Shown: one piece after another, positions 39,375 to 53,537 of the stretch
Numbering within the stretch: position 1 is the first letter of the stretch
How the letters are laid out: the number at the start of each line of letters is the position of its first letter
From: Eledone cirrhosa
Lineage: Eukaryota
DNA length: 64,000 nucleotides
Direction: 5' to 3'
Assembly (NCBI GenBank): GCA_964016885.1
Contig: OZ024746.1
Location: forward strand, 89,342,001 to 89,406,000
Position numbers and translations under genes: made by a program
The notes under the pieces: model-generated
Told to the model about the DNA's origin: nothing
Database searches by the model: none
Seen by the model: the letters and a program-made list of their open reading frames with translations, nothing else

Positions 39375-41589
39375 CGCAGAGGTGTGGGATACGGGATGAA
39401 TTGTTCTTTTCCAATTGGTGGATATGGAGAAAGTCTAGTCCCAGTTGTGTTTATTACGCTTGTCCTAAACTAGTTCGAAAATACATGTGACAGAATCATA
39501 AAAAGCTCACTGTGTCATGAGTATTGAGGATGTCGACCTCTATCTCGTCATGATTTTCATAACACAATATGGGAAGCTCACCAATACCGACGAAATCTTG
39601 CCCTTATTTCGTCGTCTGGAATCACCATGGACATATGAAAATCCAGAACTAAGCAAAAGCTCAAAACAATAACAACGGATAACATCCCAAAAGCAATTAG
39701 AAAGTGTAAGGAATGGCTCACTACTTTGCACTTTCACACTGATTTTGGAGGTATTACATCTTTGGTCTTTTGGTTTTATATCAGTAAAATTATTTGTCTT
39801 CGTTTTACGAATATTTTCTGTATATATGTGTGTGCGTTACTGTTGCATTTTGTGTTCTATTCTTTTGCAGTTCCCCAAACGTCTTTTTAAAAAAAAATAA
39901 ACAAGCTTTATTCGGTTGTAATTTTGACAAACAGTTATTGAAATAAATCTTATTTTAACGTAAGCCCGAGGAGAAGGAAAGGAAAAAAACAACATACAAT
40001 GTAGAAAATAGACAGGATATGATTCAAAGAAAACCTAAAGTGATGCACGTAACTTCTTAATGATAATTGATCGTTTCTAATTATTGATAATTACTTCAAA
40101 ATATTAGGAAATAAGAGAAGATATTGTAATGATGTTGAAAATAATAATAATAACTACTCCAGTTTTAAGTATTACAAGTTTGTAAAGTTTAAGTGTAATG
40201 CAATTTCTGTCACATAGTTAGAACGATAAATAGACAAATTATCTAAATTAGTTTTCAATGTTTTTACAGAAAGAAACATTCCCAGAAGACACATATTTAC
40301 TGATGTGACTTAAGATTTCTAAATTTCCTGACTCCAGCCCTGAATGCGTCTTAAAACTCTATATCAATTCTCAATTAAACAGAAGAGAATACCAACTGCA
40401 AGTCAGGTAGAGATATATAGTTGACATTTGATGTAGCTGAAAGGGTTTAAATTTTCAAACTAACAGGACCGGTGAGGTGGTACGTTTAAAAATAAGTAAT
40501 CTACATCCAATAAATTCAGTAAAATCTGGTATCAATTACAAACTACAGTTTAGGTTATTTACGTTGAAGTAGTAAATAATGACAATAGTAACAACAATAA
40601 TAAAAAAGAAAAGGAAACAATAGAAAAAAAGAATAGGAAAATATAGAGAAAAAAAGAAAGAAAGAAGAACGGGAAGGAGATGACAACAACTCTGGTGTCG
40701 TAGAAGAGAGGGGAGGGGTGGAGGGGAGGAGTGAAGGTTAGGGGGATAGGGCATATGGCATGGTGGCAGAATGGCTGCGCGCCGCGGACAAGACCGCAAA
40801 AGCATTCCCGTGGACAATGTCCAGTAATACCCCCTGCAACAGCCACCCGACCTAGTATGACATAATATAACTGTCAAAATCTATTCATGTAGTTTATTTG
40901 GCAGTTTTGATGACAATTATCATGACATACAAACTGTAGATATTAACATATAAAATGTATGTTAACCGCATGCATTTCACAAATCATCTTTGAGAGACCA
41001 TCCTATAAAGAAACACTCCAGATTATGAATATATTCTCAATATTACGGTGCAAAGAAATGTATATTCTGAAATATGACAGGCGCAATTACTACACACAAC
41101 ATCATTAGATATCTACTTTACAACCACATCACATCTTTGGTAGTTTTGATGACAAATATCATGACATATAAACTGTAGATATTAACTTTCAAAATAAAGC
41201 TTAAATAAAAATTATTATCAACTTTTTGCAGCACTCAGCATCAGTCACCGAGAGTTGTAGCAGGTAATCTAAGTAGGGACTGTAATCCGCTACAGTCTCG
41301 GATCACTTACTTACACCGAACTATTGCACTCAGTGCTGACGAAAACAGCACATATCTGTTTGGAATTGAGCATAACTCGCCCGTCTCGATCCGTCAAAGT
41401 TCGAATTGTCGTTTATTTTCATGGGTGCGCCTCCGCCACAAGGGGCCATGGAAGAAAACGGAATGATAAGCGCAAACCCAATGAAAATAGATAGGAATAC
41501 AATAATTAAGGAATAAGAACAAGAACAAACCTACAGATATAAAGGGCTCAATAAAGGCCAAGTTAAAAGAAAGAATCAGAAACTGGATA

Positions 41590-42258
41590 GTCCGTTTTGT
41601 CATGAAAACTGAGCTCAACCCAAAGAAGAAAATGTCTGCCTTAAACGCGTTTGCAATTCCAATCCTCAACTATAATTTTAATATCATTAATTGGAACGTT
41701 AATGAAATGAAGAAAACGTACAGCAAAATCAGAAAACATCTGACCTGTAATAAACTACATCCCGCAACACCGGATCTAGACAAAACGGTGACATCTTGAG
41801 CTGTCATACAAAATATCAGCCAGTGGACTCGAACAATATCTTAAATCTATAGATGACTAGAAGCTGAAAATGGGTGCAAATGATGAAAGGAAGAAGAGGT
41901 TACATTCAATCACAAATAATATTCGATTCGTTTGCAATTATGCAAACAGTCTCTTTTTTAAAGCTATGTCAGTAGAATGAGGCCCTCATTCTTGCTCTTG
42001 TGTTGGCATGTAAACAGAACAACAGACACTAATAGTAAATTTGCATAAGAATTGGGAACACATTTTGAAAAAGATTCTGATAAAAGTTTCAAAGAACATC
42101 AAAATATGACGGTTAATAGGTACTGTGCTCTAAATTCGAGCAAAAACCACTGCATGGGCAATATGCTCTCCCTAGCAAAGAACATTAGTGGCTGCGGATT
42201 TCTGAGCTAAACACAGAGAGCGAGGGCTTCATTTTGGTTGCACAAGACCAATGCCACA
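41590..42258 (+). mobile_element. R4/Dong-clade (RLE) LINE fragment
   Basis: KTELNPKKKMSALNAFAIPILNYNFNIINW, PLHGQY and TESEGFILVAQDQ. Confidence 0.8.
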
Positions 42259-42264
42259 CATTCC

Positions 42265-42600
42265 CGGGGTGCGTCTAAGATCCCGTTTCAACCATTCCTT
42301 AACACTAATAAGCGAAACTTCCTTCGAAAAGTGTCTAGTCACCGAAAATCAGGCCTTCCTGCCTCTGTCGGGGTCCAGGAAGATGGTCCGTGTTGTGAGA
42401 TACAAACGTTTCTGAAACAACTCTGACTCCGCCTCCAAATCTCGGACGGCTTGGAGATGCGTCCACCTCATATCCGTCGAAAATGGGTGTCAAGCTTGTG
42501 CCTCAGAAATTCTGGTCTCGCTCATGACCACCTCATTAATGTTAAATTACTGAGGTCGGTGAGCAGGTGACCTTTCTTCCATAACAACTCGAGGTCACGT
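42265..42600 (-). mobile_element. L1/Tx1-like endonuclease fragment
   Basis: The minus strand gives KKGHLLTDL..EVVMSETRI..GGGV..TIFLDPD..ILDAP. Confidence 0.55.
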
Positions 42601-42799
42601 GCATTTTTGGTGCCTATTCCAAGTAAGGCCATGTTGTGTGAAGAGTGGGAAAAGGTAGGAAATACCACTTACCACAGTTCCTTGGCCAATTGTGGGTTCT
42701 TGTACAATAATATCCGTGTATATTCCAGCTTGTTATTATCCCACGCGAGTTGGGAAATTTCTTTTTTAATTTTGTTTGTCATTCCCTGACAATTTTCTG

Positions 42800-43720
42800 G
42801 TCTGTGCTTGTTCTACATTTTTACGGTGACTATTGGTAGTGTTGGCATAACTTCCAATGTTTGTAGATATCAACTGTGTAATATCTGTGGACAAATTATC
42901 ATATTCTTGCTTTGGCTGGGTAGGCTGGAATAATGTAGTCAGTTATTTGTGTATTCCATGATACCGCATGTCTTGCAATTACTTACTGTGTTCTGCTTAT
43001 GTATTTTTTTATAGTTCTTGTGGTGTTGTGGATATATTGATCGTGTGCTACAATTAGGAATCCTTCACTTTCAATTTTTAGTCTGCTTCTTCTTAACTGC
43101 GTTTCTGAATTTACATGTCCACTTCCTCTCTTTAACTTTCCTTTTAGGTTTAGCCATGTAGGGTATTGTTGCAGGCATTGCTTTAGCATAGCATTCTGGA
43201 AATCTGCTTCAATTTGGATTTCATCTTTTAAAGTAGTTCTGATGGCGCTTATTCTGTTTTCATTTCGCCATAATTATCTGTCAATTCCGGTTTTATTTTG
43301 GATTTTTTTGGCTTCCTTCAAAGCAAACAAATGTTTCTATTGTTTTATTCATGTCTGGTGGCTATTTGCATTACATTTCACTTATTTTTCATTAGATACT
43401 TTAGTTGTTGTACAATGGTTGCTTTTCTATAGTTTTCTAGATACACAAGGCGCCTTCCTCCCTGTGTTCGTAGTAGGTATTAACATTCTATATCTGATTT
43501 TGGGGTTGTAATGTTTTGGTAGTGATTACTTTTATTGTTTTTCTTTCTAGTCCTGCTTGATATTTTAGTGGACAATTCAACATGTAGCGTATTATTGCTA
43601 GAGTATTGAATCGTGTTACCAAATTCGTTGCATTCAGTTTTGTCTCAAGTTTTACTCTAATCCGTTATAACTTTCTAATATTCTAATGCTGGTATAACTT
43701 TCTAATATTTCCTTTGATTT
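42800..43720 (-). mobile_element. R4/Dong-clade LINE relic; degraded upstream parts probably extend to ~45.8 kb
   Basis: LKIESEGFLIVAHDQY and KTKLNATNLVTRFNTLAI-like motifs. Confidence 0.7.
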
Positions 43721-44660
43721 CTTCGTGTTGAACGCCGTCTATAGTTTTGGGGATTTGCAGTCTCATTCATGGAGATTATGGTGGTCTTTCTCTTCGTGAA
43801 CCTGTCGGGTACATTTCTAGCTACGCCAGCATCTCATTCAACTCTGTGGCAATTAAGTAAATCATGTGTTCCCGTTAAATACTTCAACTAAATGTTTGGG
43901 TTTCGTCATGTCTCGATGCCTTACAGTTGCTGTCTTTTTCAATGTGATAACCACTACCTCTGTTGTGATACCATAGTTTTTATTGGCTATGTATTTTGTT
44001 TTACCTATTTGTGTGTATTTGGTAAACCCCGCTGCCCATATTCCTCCTTAAAATTATTCTACTTCTTTTACATTTATTCTTGTGCTCGATTTACCTCTAT
44101 TTGCTTCTGATGGAGGGAAATTGATGTTTTTGTTTAAAAGAAAATGGCGTTTTACATATCTCCGTATTCTTTGTTCCTTTGCAAGCTTTTGTTGGTTTAG
44201 GAATTCCTAGGTTTCAGTGATTTACTTTTCTGTAATGTTATATTTCTTTAATATTCTTATTTTCTTCCCTTTTTCTAGTTGTCTTGTCTTTTCTTCTCCA
44301 TTTAGGATTGAGCTGGTCTTTTCTTTTATTTTCTATAATATTTTTTGTATATTTGATTTGCACGTTTGCGCGTTTTGATATCTTTCTTTGTATCACATCA
44401 ATGGCTGCTTCGTGTATTTCTATTTAGGTTCATGATACAAATATTTATGTTTGCTTTACGTCAGTCTCTGTTTCCCAGCTTAGTTATTTGGAGCTCTTGG
44501 ATTATTTGAAAATTGTGCTCCTTTCCTTTGTATCGTTGGCTACGCTGTTTTATATCGGTTTTGTTGTTCGGTTTTCTGTACTTATTTTAGGGTTACGATT
44601 TGCTGCGTTTCGTTTATTTTTATTTGTTTTGGATATGTTGATTATCTCTTTATTATTTAA

Positions 44661-44912
44661 GATCTGGTGCTGGACGTGCAAAAGTGACTCTTGAAAAATG
44701 GGGATATTTAAAGGATGGGGACGTTGTGTGTGATTGCGGCATCCAACCACAGACTACACAGCACCTCCGGATATGCCACCTGCTGGAACACCCCTGCACA
44801 GCTTTGGACTTGGCAGAGTTTAATGAGAAAGGACAGCAATGTGTTCAGCTGTGGCGGAAACACATATAGCCAAGCTCTGTAACTGACACTCTTGTGGACA
44901 CGACAAGAAGAA
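44661..44912 (+). mobile_element. 5'-truncated Ingi/Vingi-like LINE 3' end
   Basis: SGAGRAKVTLEKWGY...CDCGIQPQTTQHLRIC (CCHC), a gaagaa tail, and a possible atttaa target-site duplication. Confidence 0.7.
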
Positions 44913-45068
44913 ATTTAAAATTTCAATATTGCTATGCTTTGTTGTCTTAGATGCTGTGTTTTGATTCCTGAATTGTAAAAAACAAAACAAAGATTACCAG
45001 GTAACCTACTTTTTGTTACCTCCTCTTACAATCCATTTTGCATTGTTTAGCCTTCTATCTCTTTCAAA

Positions 45069-45114
<46 letters not shown>

Positions 45115-45849
45115 GCTTATGTGTCCTAATGTTTAGAGTCGAGTCTTTAAATGAAGATCTGGTATATATTTCAGCCAAATTCTATATGTCTATACTGGTT
45201 TGGTTTCGCTTTTCGGGTTCATTTGCATATATAATAGATACACTTCCCTCGTGTGCCATTTATGTCTTTTCAACTTTATTTGTGAATCTTCAGGAATAAA
45301 GTTCGACTCTATATTCATTATCTGTTTTAAACACTTTTTCTTTTCGTTTTTTATGCTTTTATGTTTTTTCCATGATTATTTTTTCTTGAATTCAAAGTGG
45401 GTAACTTCGTATTTTTATTCGCTTTCTGCAGATTTACACGGTGTTTATTTGTTTATCTTTTCTGTGTATCTGCGATTGTTTTATCATGTGTTATGCATGT
45501 ATTGTCAACAATAATCAATAGTTTTTATGAATGTTATTTATAGCCATTCTTTTTTGTCCTTGTTTTAAACCTTTGGGGGTATTATTGATAAATTAGCCGT
45601 TATTAAGCTCACTGCGTGGTTTCGTAGCTGTTCTTCAACTGGTTGCCCTTTTCGTACATGTTTTCTATGTCAACAAATGAATTTATGATGTAGACTTGCT
45701 ATACATTATATGTATTTTTAGTAAGTTTCTTTGATTTTTGTCTAGCATGTTATTTGTTCTCTGTTTAGATTCACTTTACCTTTGGTGATGTTAAATGAGT
45801 ACATTATATCTTGCAGGGACCTCCGTCGATGGTAATATTGTTAATATTA

Positions 45850-47250
45850 TTATACGGATCGAATTATCGTGGTCAAACTGCAGAATACAGATGCATTTTA
45901 ATGGATTGGCTAATTAGGGAGATACAATTTAATGAAGAAGGGAATGGCGTTGAGGGGCTGGTGGTGTGTGGAAGGTATAACCATGAGTGATGACAAAACC
46001 TGATGCTTTTGTTGGTACCTTTTTTCGATGTCTTACACTACTAAAGTATTTGACAGAGGAAGGGTGAGGAAATGGCGCAAATTTTAGATGTTGTTTTAGT
46101 TAAAGAATAACTCTTGTATGAATGAATATTGGTAGGTAATGTTTTAAGGAAGGGGCGGATAATTTGTTGGTGTCAATAACAATTGAGGATTCTAGAACAT
46201 TTATTTGGGTGTTTTAGATCCTAGAAAATAAACCCAATGTGCGGCCAAAGGGATAGATAGTAAGGATGGGAATTGTGCTAATCTGCGGTAACCTATTTGA
46301 ATTAGTTATCAAATCAAATGATGCTATGCTTTAATAAATAGAATGACATTGTATGATGCCACCACTATAATCTATTTCAAACAAAGAGGATGGTCACCAC
46401 TAGAAACGTTTGGTAATATACATGCTTAAGAAAATATGACCTCAAGTCAAGAACGATACAACAACAGATGAAGGGAACATATACGATCTTGAGGCCATAT
46501 TATTTGAACATTCTAGTTGCTGTATTTTCTGATAAGTAAACACTAATAAAGCACAACTGTGATCCCCGATATTATATCTAAAGTATATAGTATACATATT
46601 TTTTGGAAATATATTACTTTTAGGTCTAATCTATCTAAAGCGGTCTTTTTATTTGGCAAACAAATGGAATGTCTACTAGCTCTTATTCTTGCGGGTCAGT
46701 GATCATATAGAGATTCACTCAATCATAATAATGATTCACAAGGTGTCCAACTTTTCTTCACGCTTAAATGGCCGTGAAAATTGACTACAAAGTATGCTAA
46801 TTTCATACATTTCCAGATGTGTTTGATACATGAATTCAGGTATTCAGCAATGCATAATACAAACAGATGCTAGCATTATTTGCTAAGTACTAAGCTGAAA
46901 AGGGTACTGGCAAAATGTGCGAAATATAATGTTAGTTTCAAAAATCTATCCTATGAAATTCCGTCTTGAGATACAAATATTCTTTACCCTCATACTGAAA
47001 TTTGAATAGCATATCCAATACTGAATGAAAGCAGGAATGTTTTCTACGGCGGCTCACAGTATGGAGGACGGAAATAAAAAAATCTTCAGAATAAGAATAA
47101 TACGTTTCTCTTGAGCTGAGAGTCATTCTGTTAGTCATAAATAGAGAGAAAAAAGTTTCAATATTCACATTTTGCCGAAGTTAACTCTACTGACATTTAG
47201 ATCAACATGTAGATATTTTATTTATTGTATGTTTTCAAGTCTATCTAGGT
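45850..47250 (+). pseudogene. Endogenous Mononegavirales-like L polymerase fragment, blocks I-III (RdRp)
   Basis: In order: LFGCFRS* (46201; cf. F..FR.WGHP), YFKQRGWSPL, RLNGREN*LQ..SRCV*YM..QTDASI (pre-motif A), AKYNVSFK-11aa-NILY (motif A; same spacing as filovirus KYNLAFR...NRCYG), AYPILNES, GG..NLQNKNNT (motif B-like). Confidence 0.75.
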
Positions 47251-47694
47251 CTATTGAAAATATATTGAAAAATAAATATATTCATTGCTGTAACTCTGGG
47301 GGTGCATGAACCTACATATATTAATTAAAATATACACTAATATTACAAACACGCACAACTTCCTCTATTCGCTTTCTATCAATATTCCCTGTCGCACATA
47401 TACACATAGATGTAGTTTACATATATTTATCGACATTAAAGTACCAGTAATGCACTGCGATAACTGCTGGCCAAAAGTAGAAACAATTATATATTGACGC
47501 GTCATGATCGAATACATACGTGTAAGCTCAAGTATCTCACCGTGAACGGGGTTCGGTGTAAAGAATTATATTTTACATTAGTGCCTTTTACACTAGTTTC
47601 GAATAGAGCGAAATATCTCCGGAGAAACTGGATTGACAGAAATGGGCTGGAAGCACGTCAGAATGACTTTACATGTAATTAAAAGAGATTATCA

Positions 47695-47830
47695 CCTATT
47701 GTGCCACGAGTTGGAATGGCTCTTCCAGCGCATCTCCCTTACCATCCTCCGGGGAAACACCTTCTCCATTCTGTGGGAAGGCCAGCACGTGGGACCCCAT
47801 TTGCTCACCATACAGAGAGATGGAGAGTGA
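47695..47830 (+). mobile_element. CRE/RLE-type LINE 3' end
   Basis: ELEWLFQRISLTILRGNTFSIL (cf. FLFQRISxAIQRGNA). Confidence 0.65.
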
Positions 47831-47956
47831 GACAGAGATGGAGGCGATGACAGTGGGAGTTCGGCTCTTCCATGTTCGGACCATATCCTTGTGGTAGTGT
47901 TCATTATCTATAAAGTTTCCGTATCTATGCCTTCATCTAAGTTTATACAATAATTC

Positions 47957-48562
47957 ATCTATTTATATAAAACTGAGGATGTCTGTGTGTGTGTGTGTGT
48001 GTGTGTGAGCTTGAATCCCTAAAACTCGAGAAGTACCCAACCGATTTTTGTCGAAATTTACATGTGTATTACTTATGTTTCAGGGAGTGTTATGCACATA
48101 AAAGGTGAAACACTGCTTTTTTTCAGCTTTTTAGGTTTTTTTGAGGCGATACGTCAGACCGATTTCCTTGAAATTGTAACTATGGATTAGTCAGTCTCTT
48201 CTTCATACCGTGAGCAAAGAAAATTCAACTTTTTATAGCCTGCATTAGGTGAAAAACTTCATTTTTTCAGCTTTTTAGGGCTTCTTCGAGGCGTTACGTC
48301 TAGCCGATTTTACCGAAATTTCAAGGCATATTATGTACATAAATAAAATTCATTTTCTTGATCCCCTAGGGCCAGCATTAGGTGAAAACCTGCACTTTTC
48401 CTGCTTCATCGAGAAAAATCTTAAAGATTATCCAGCCATCCGAGTATTCGGTTTATCTTCTTTACATATTGTCCAGGCATGCAGTTTTTCCACGATTATG
48501 TTTGTTGACGGCCCGCGTTCCAAAATACATTATCCCATGCAACGCCGGGTACCACTGCTAGT
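47957..48562 (+). mobile_element. Non-autonomous Helitron-like element (second family)
   Basis: 5' tctatttatataaaa with a (GT)n tract, internal repeats, and 3' gcaacgccgggtaccactgCTAGt. Confidence 0.65.
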
Positions 48563-48659
48563 ATATACTAAAACAGTGAAAATTAATTGCTGCCCAGGCC
48601 TTATCTCGTTTACACTCAGATCCCATCAACTCTAAATTACCTTGTGTTCCCTACATTAT

Positions 48660-49150
48660 TTCTTCATTTGTTGATAGAACCAATACCGACCTCTGTAAAT
48701 TTTAAGTGCCATAATATGTTGGTCTCTGAATCATTACGTTATGGGGTACACATTTCGTAGAATATTCTGCTACTTAGATGTTAATATAATGAATTAACAT
48801 CAAAGTAGCTGGGATACATACAAGGAGTGACGCCAAAGTTGACGACTGCTACAATGTAATATACGTGACGACAATCACAACGATTAACCAGTGAGTGGAA
48901 TATGACCAACAGCTAGGGACATGGTTGGGTGGCGGTAATGTGTGTAGCAGGTATCATCCCTACTATGCTATAAATAGGTATTGACCTGGGTGCCAGCTTA
49001 TGGAGATTCTGAAATTGAGAGAGAGGATATTGAATATTATCTGTTCTATCTCTTCACCTCTGTGCTTTCCAGAGAGCAAGAGGTCGATGAAATAATGTTT
49101 GGAAGATAATATGAAGAGGCCAGATTGATTCTAGGTAACGATACTCTGCA
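48660..49150 (+). pseudogene. Possible endogenous rhabdovirus-type glycoprotein fragment
   Basis: NFKCHNM... and DDCYNVIYVTT...VEYDQQLGTWLGGGNVCSRY (cf. VSV G VLVDEYTGEWVD..GKCSNY). Confidence 0.35.
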
Positions 49151-49732
49151 TAGTCGTTTGTAATGGAAAATGTCCGAATAAAATATAAAAGATCATTATG
49201 CATACATATTCTTCACTACTTATTTGTAACCGGTCTTATTTGTAACCACAGATCTGATGTGGAATTTGTAACCGGGTACTTATTTGTAACCACAGATCTG
49301 ATGTGGAATTTGGTGTGATAGCATTCGTCTGAACATCTGGAATCTGATCTGGAATTTTAACCCGGATCATGAGCCGACTGTGTAACACCTCCCCTTTGTT
49401 CTTATCATATACACTCTGCTCTAGCATTGAATACTGACTTTGGTGTCCTCACCAGCTTTCTACAGATTTACTGAACCTTCTACTCATATATATATATATA
49501 TATATTTCTGAAAGTAAAGCATCTACTGCGATCTCGGCGGTTTAAGCTATAATATTCTTGTAGCCTCCATTTGGAAAATTTCTTGAATTCAAGGGAAATG
49601 TGAGAGGAGCGAAGAGAGGGAGAAGGAAAGAGGAGAAATTTTCCTCGTGACGCCTAATAGAGATAAGTTACCGAAACCGCTGAGCGCGCAGTAGATCTAT
49701 TTTGATCAATATCCACACCCCTCATCTTACAG

Positions 49733-49980
49733 CGTGGACGCTCGTGGCCTAGTGGTAAGGGTGTTGGACATATGATCATAATGACGTGTGTTCGATTCCT
49801 GGGTTGAGCGTTGTGTTCTTGAGCAAAATACTTTATTTCACGCTGCTCCAGAGCTGGGGGTTTAACCCTGCGATGGATTGGCGCCCTGTCCAGAGGTGGG
49901 TATTGTACTCTCAGTCGCTTCACGCCATGAAACCGGGATAAGCACCGGAAAAATGAACCTTCTGGCCTAAGGCAGACTTT
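49733..49980 (+). mobile_element. tRNA-derived SINE (second family)
   Basis: A box tggcctagtgg, B box gttcgattcc, and ttcttgagcaaaatactttatttcacg. A related copy lies at 53730-54010. Confidence 0.8.
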
Positions 49981-50396
49981 AGATATATTAGCATGTATCG
50001 AGTACTTCTTTGATTTGTCGCCTTTCTAGTTCCATTACCGCAGACTATCAATATATATATATTAGTTTTGCGAGGATTTTGATATGAAATCGTGTGTCGA
50101 AACAAATATTGTTATACTTGGGGAGGGTCATATTTGTGTAATAATATTGCCAGAATTAATAACAGAACACACTCACTGTTTGGATGGGTTTCGCTTCTGT
50201 GTCTTTTATATCGGTTAATTTAATTTATTCGGTCCTCAATGTTGCCATTGACTGACCAACGGTCAAAAATACAGATACAATATAGACACAAACACATATA
50301 TATAGTCTAACAAATTTCTTTCGTTGCACATCTGCAACATCTTCAATAGTTCTATTGTTTCCTCCCGTTGTATTGTATGCTTACGCCATCTTTATT

Positions 50397-50479
<83 letters not shown>

Positions 50480-51088
50480 TAAAATCAATGTTAGTTCATT
50501 GTCTAAGCGAAATGTACAAAGCCTACTTTTGATTCCATTTCATGACAATGAAGTTCAGACTTGATATTACAAAACCTTCTATTATAAAATATTAAAAATG
50601 TAGGAAATTTTGCATAGTTAAAATCTATTTAATCTCAAACGATAGAAATATTTATACTGTTAATAATGATTGTCGGTCATAATGATATGACGATTATGAT
50701 GATAAAACAATGATAAAAACAAAATGTGCCTTTCTATTCATAGGTAAAGTATATGACTTGTTCTTGGCATTCATGTGGTATATATATACATGTGTAATAA
50801 GTACAAACATATATTTGTCTCTCAGTGAAAATATGGTGTAGCCCTCTGACATATACTTAATCCATCATAAATTGTCCATTTCAATATCTTACACTTCATT
50901 AAGCAGTTATTTCCAACTTTCTCGCTAGATTACTCATCAACTTAACACTATGACATATTATTCGCTTTAAATACTGCACAGACGCATGCGAGCACACGCA
51001 TATTCACATAAAAAACAAAAGCACGTACATATAAAAACATATTTCTATATCTATGTAACTCTCTATATATATATGTGTATATGTAATA

Positions 51089-51394
51089 TAATTGTTTCTA
51101 CTTTTGGCACAAGGCCAGCAATTATCCCAGTACATTACTGGTACTTTATTTTATCGACCCCGTAAGGATGAAAGGCAAAGTTAACTTCGACGGGATTTGA
51201 ACTCAGACCATAAAGGGACGTAACTATGCTAGAAAGCATGGCGTCCGACCCTCTACCGATACTGCCAATTTGCCGCCCTTGTATATGTAATATAATTGTT
51301 TCTACGTTAGGCACAAGGCCAGCAATTACCCAGTGTATTACTGGTACTTTATTTTATCGACCCCGTAAGGATGAAAGGCAAAATTAACCTCGGC
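51089..51394 (-). mobile_element. Full SINE plus tandem partial copy
   Basis: Copies at 51089-51279 and 51293-51394, both preceded by tgtatatgtaatataatt. Confidence 0.9.
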
Positions 51395-52009
51395 GTATGT
51401 AAGTGTATACATGTATGCGCGCGCATGTGTGTATGGATGTATGTATGCAGAGCTATGTATTATTTGTATAGGAGATAGAGGCCTGAGAGGAAAAGAGAAA
51501 TAGACAGGGATATAGTGGGGGAAGGGATTGTATGAGACAGATGGGGAAATGAATGCGTGCGTGTATGTGTATGTGACTAAATGCGTAATTTCGTGCCTAA
51601 TACAGAAAACAATATAACAGAGAAATAATTCACTTTTCAATATATTTTCAATCAAGTCATGGGAAATTGAGCAGATGTGAAAAAAATCTATATATTCATG
51701 CAGATGTAAATGTCAGGAGAGTTAGCCACGGCAAAATGTTAATATAGTAACTTTTGCAAACTCGTTTTGACCAATAGAATGAATATAAGCTTCATAGAAA
51801 TATTCTATTCTAAGTCTGTTTTTGCTTTTTTCTACATTAAATAAATTCTTGAGGAAAACGCTTTTAGCAAAAGGCTGTACTGATTATGGTGGATTGAGGG
51901 TTAGATTTCAGCGTGATTGTAAAGAATATATTGCACTATATATAGATAGTCGAACTTTCAAATGGCATAATTTTCAAAGCGAAGCACATTTTTCTGGGTA
52001 ACCATGTAC

Positions 52010-52325
52010 GTTCACTATATTCTAAGTTTGCAGTTCATGCATCTGCTTACATTATATTTTACTGAACCACTGGAGCTATTCATTATAATTTTTTTTTTTT
52101 ACGTTTTTGTTTAATTTCTCTGTGACATTTAAAGAATCTCGCAACAAGAAAACCACTATATGCAGGCATCACCTGCGAGAACCAGCAAGCAATTCTTATA
52201 CTCTACTTTATTCAAAATATTAAGCAGACAGTTAATTATGTAGCCATAGTCTAAAAGGTGAGACACACATCTTGAATATTATTGTTGGTTTGTCTGCCTC
52301 AGCGCTGCTTATTTGAGATTAAACA
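52010..52325 (+). repeat. ~310 bp segment duplicated at 55059-55360
   Basis: Colinear match from gttcactatattctaa to tatttgagattaaaca. Confidence 0.88.
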
Positions 52326-52459
52326 CCAAATTTGCAAATCAAATGAATTCGATATCAAGCTTTAGTCCACGCATTTATTGTTGATAATAATTGTTTCTAC
52401 TTTTGGCACAAGGCCAGCAATTATACCAGTGCATTACTGGTACTTTGCCGTTCATCCTT

Positions 52460-52985
52460 ATTTGTAACCACAGCAGCTTGACATGACGAATATGTAAACA
52501 ACAGTTTGAAATCATTGACCATATTGTCTCTATGTGTATGTAGCCTTCTTGAATACTCAGAGTATCTCAACGGGCAATATAGAGCCGCTCAATATATAAC
52601 CTGGGAAATTTGCAAGAAACTGGATCTGCTCCATCATAAAAAAAAAAAAATAAAAAAAAAAAAAATGGTGTTTACATCAAACAGTATATTGAAAAATTTC
52701 AGTCAAGAATCATGCCTACACATTGACTTAACTGTGCCAATGGAATTACATATTTCTGTCAAGACCTACTAAACACCGAGCTGGTACAAATATATTGAAA
52801 TAGAAATTAGAAAATTGCAGAAACCCAAGTCTAGCAGAATACACATGGTTGAAAGTGCCTTAATGCTGACAAAAGAGACTGCTTATTAACTATGTAAAAT
52901 CCCAGGAAATCCAGAAATGGAGAATTCATAAAATAGTAATCACGGGTGACTGCTTATATCCTACGAACAATACTTTCTATGTAAC
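52460..52985 (+). mobile_element. R4/Dong RLE endonuclease C-terminal relic
   Basis: SEYLNGQYRAAQYITWEICK, CLHIDLTVP and YIEIEIRKL. Confidence 0.7.
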
Positions 52986-53537
52986 TCTAACATAATATTT
53001 CGTCACATATCAAAAGTACTGTTAAAAGTAATTAATAGCAAATCACTTTCATCGTTATTTTATTGTCATAGAGTCAATTTAGCACCACACGTCTACGATT
53101 AAACAAGCTTATAATTTTGTTTTGACGCATTTTCTGGAACAACACTTCTTTGAAACTCAAGGCACGCAATTGAAATACAAATCCTTACCACGGAAATTCG
53201 TTGTTCCTTTAAAACATGACGATTATTAAACATCTTAATTAACATGAGAAATTGGATTTCAAAAAAGAACATAAATAGCAAAGTAAGGTTTAATTTCCAT
53301 TTCAATTACTGGTTCATTTTATGAACGGAAAGAAGGAAACTGGAAACCAATGTGAAGATTTCTCTCCCAATAGTTGTTGCGCCACAAAGAAACATTTACC
53401 AAATCATCATCATAATACTAATGTGTAAAGTGAACATTGCAAGTTATCAAGGAATAATATTCATGAAATGAACGAACAGAGCTTGGATTCTAAAGCGTCC
53501 AGATCAACCAGTTTTGCTGGTACGTTTTTTTTTAGAT

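Noticed and set aside
49220-49315. Short direct repeats resembling a CRISPR array
   Set aside because: Only 2-3 imperfect tandem units without unique spacers, in a eukaryotic context.
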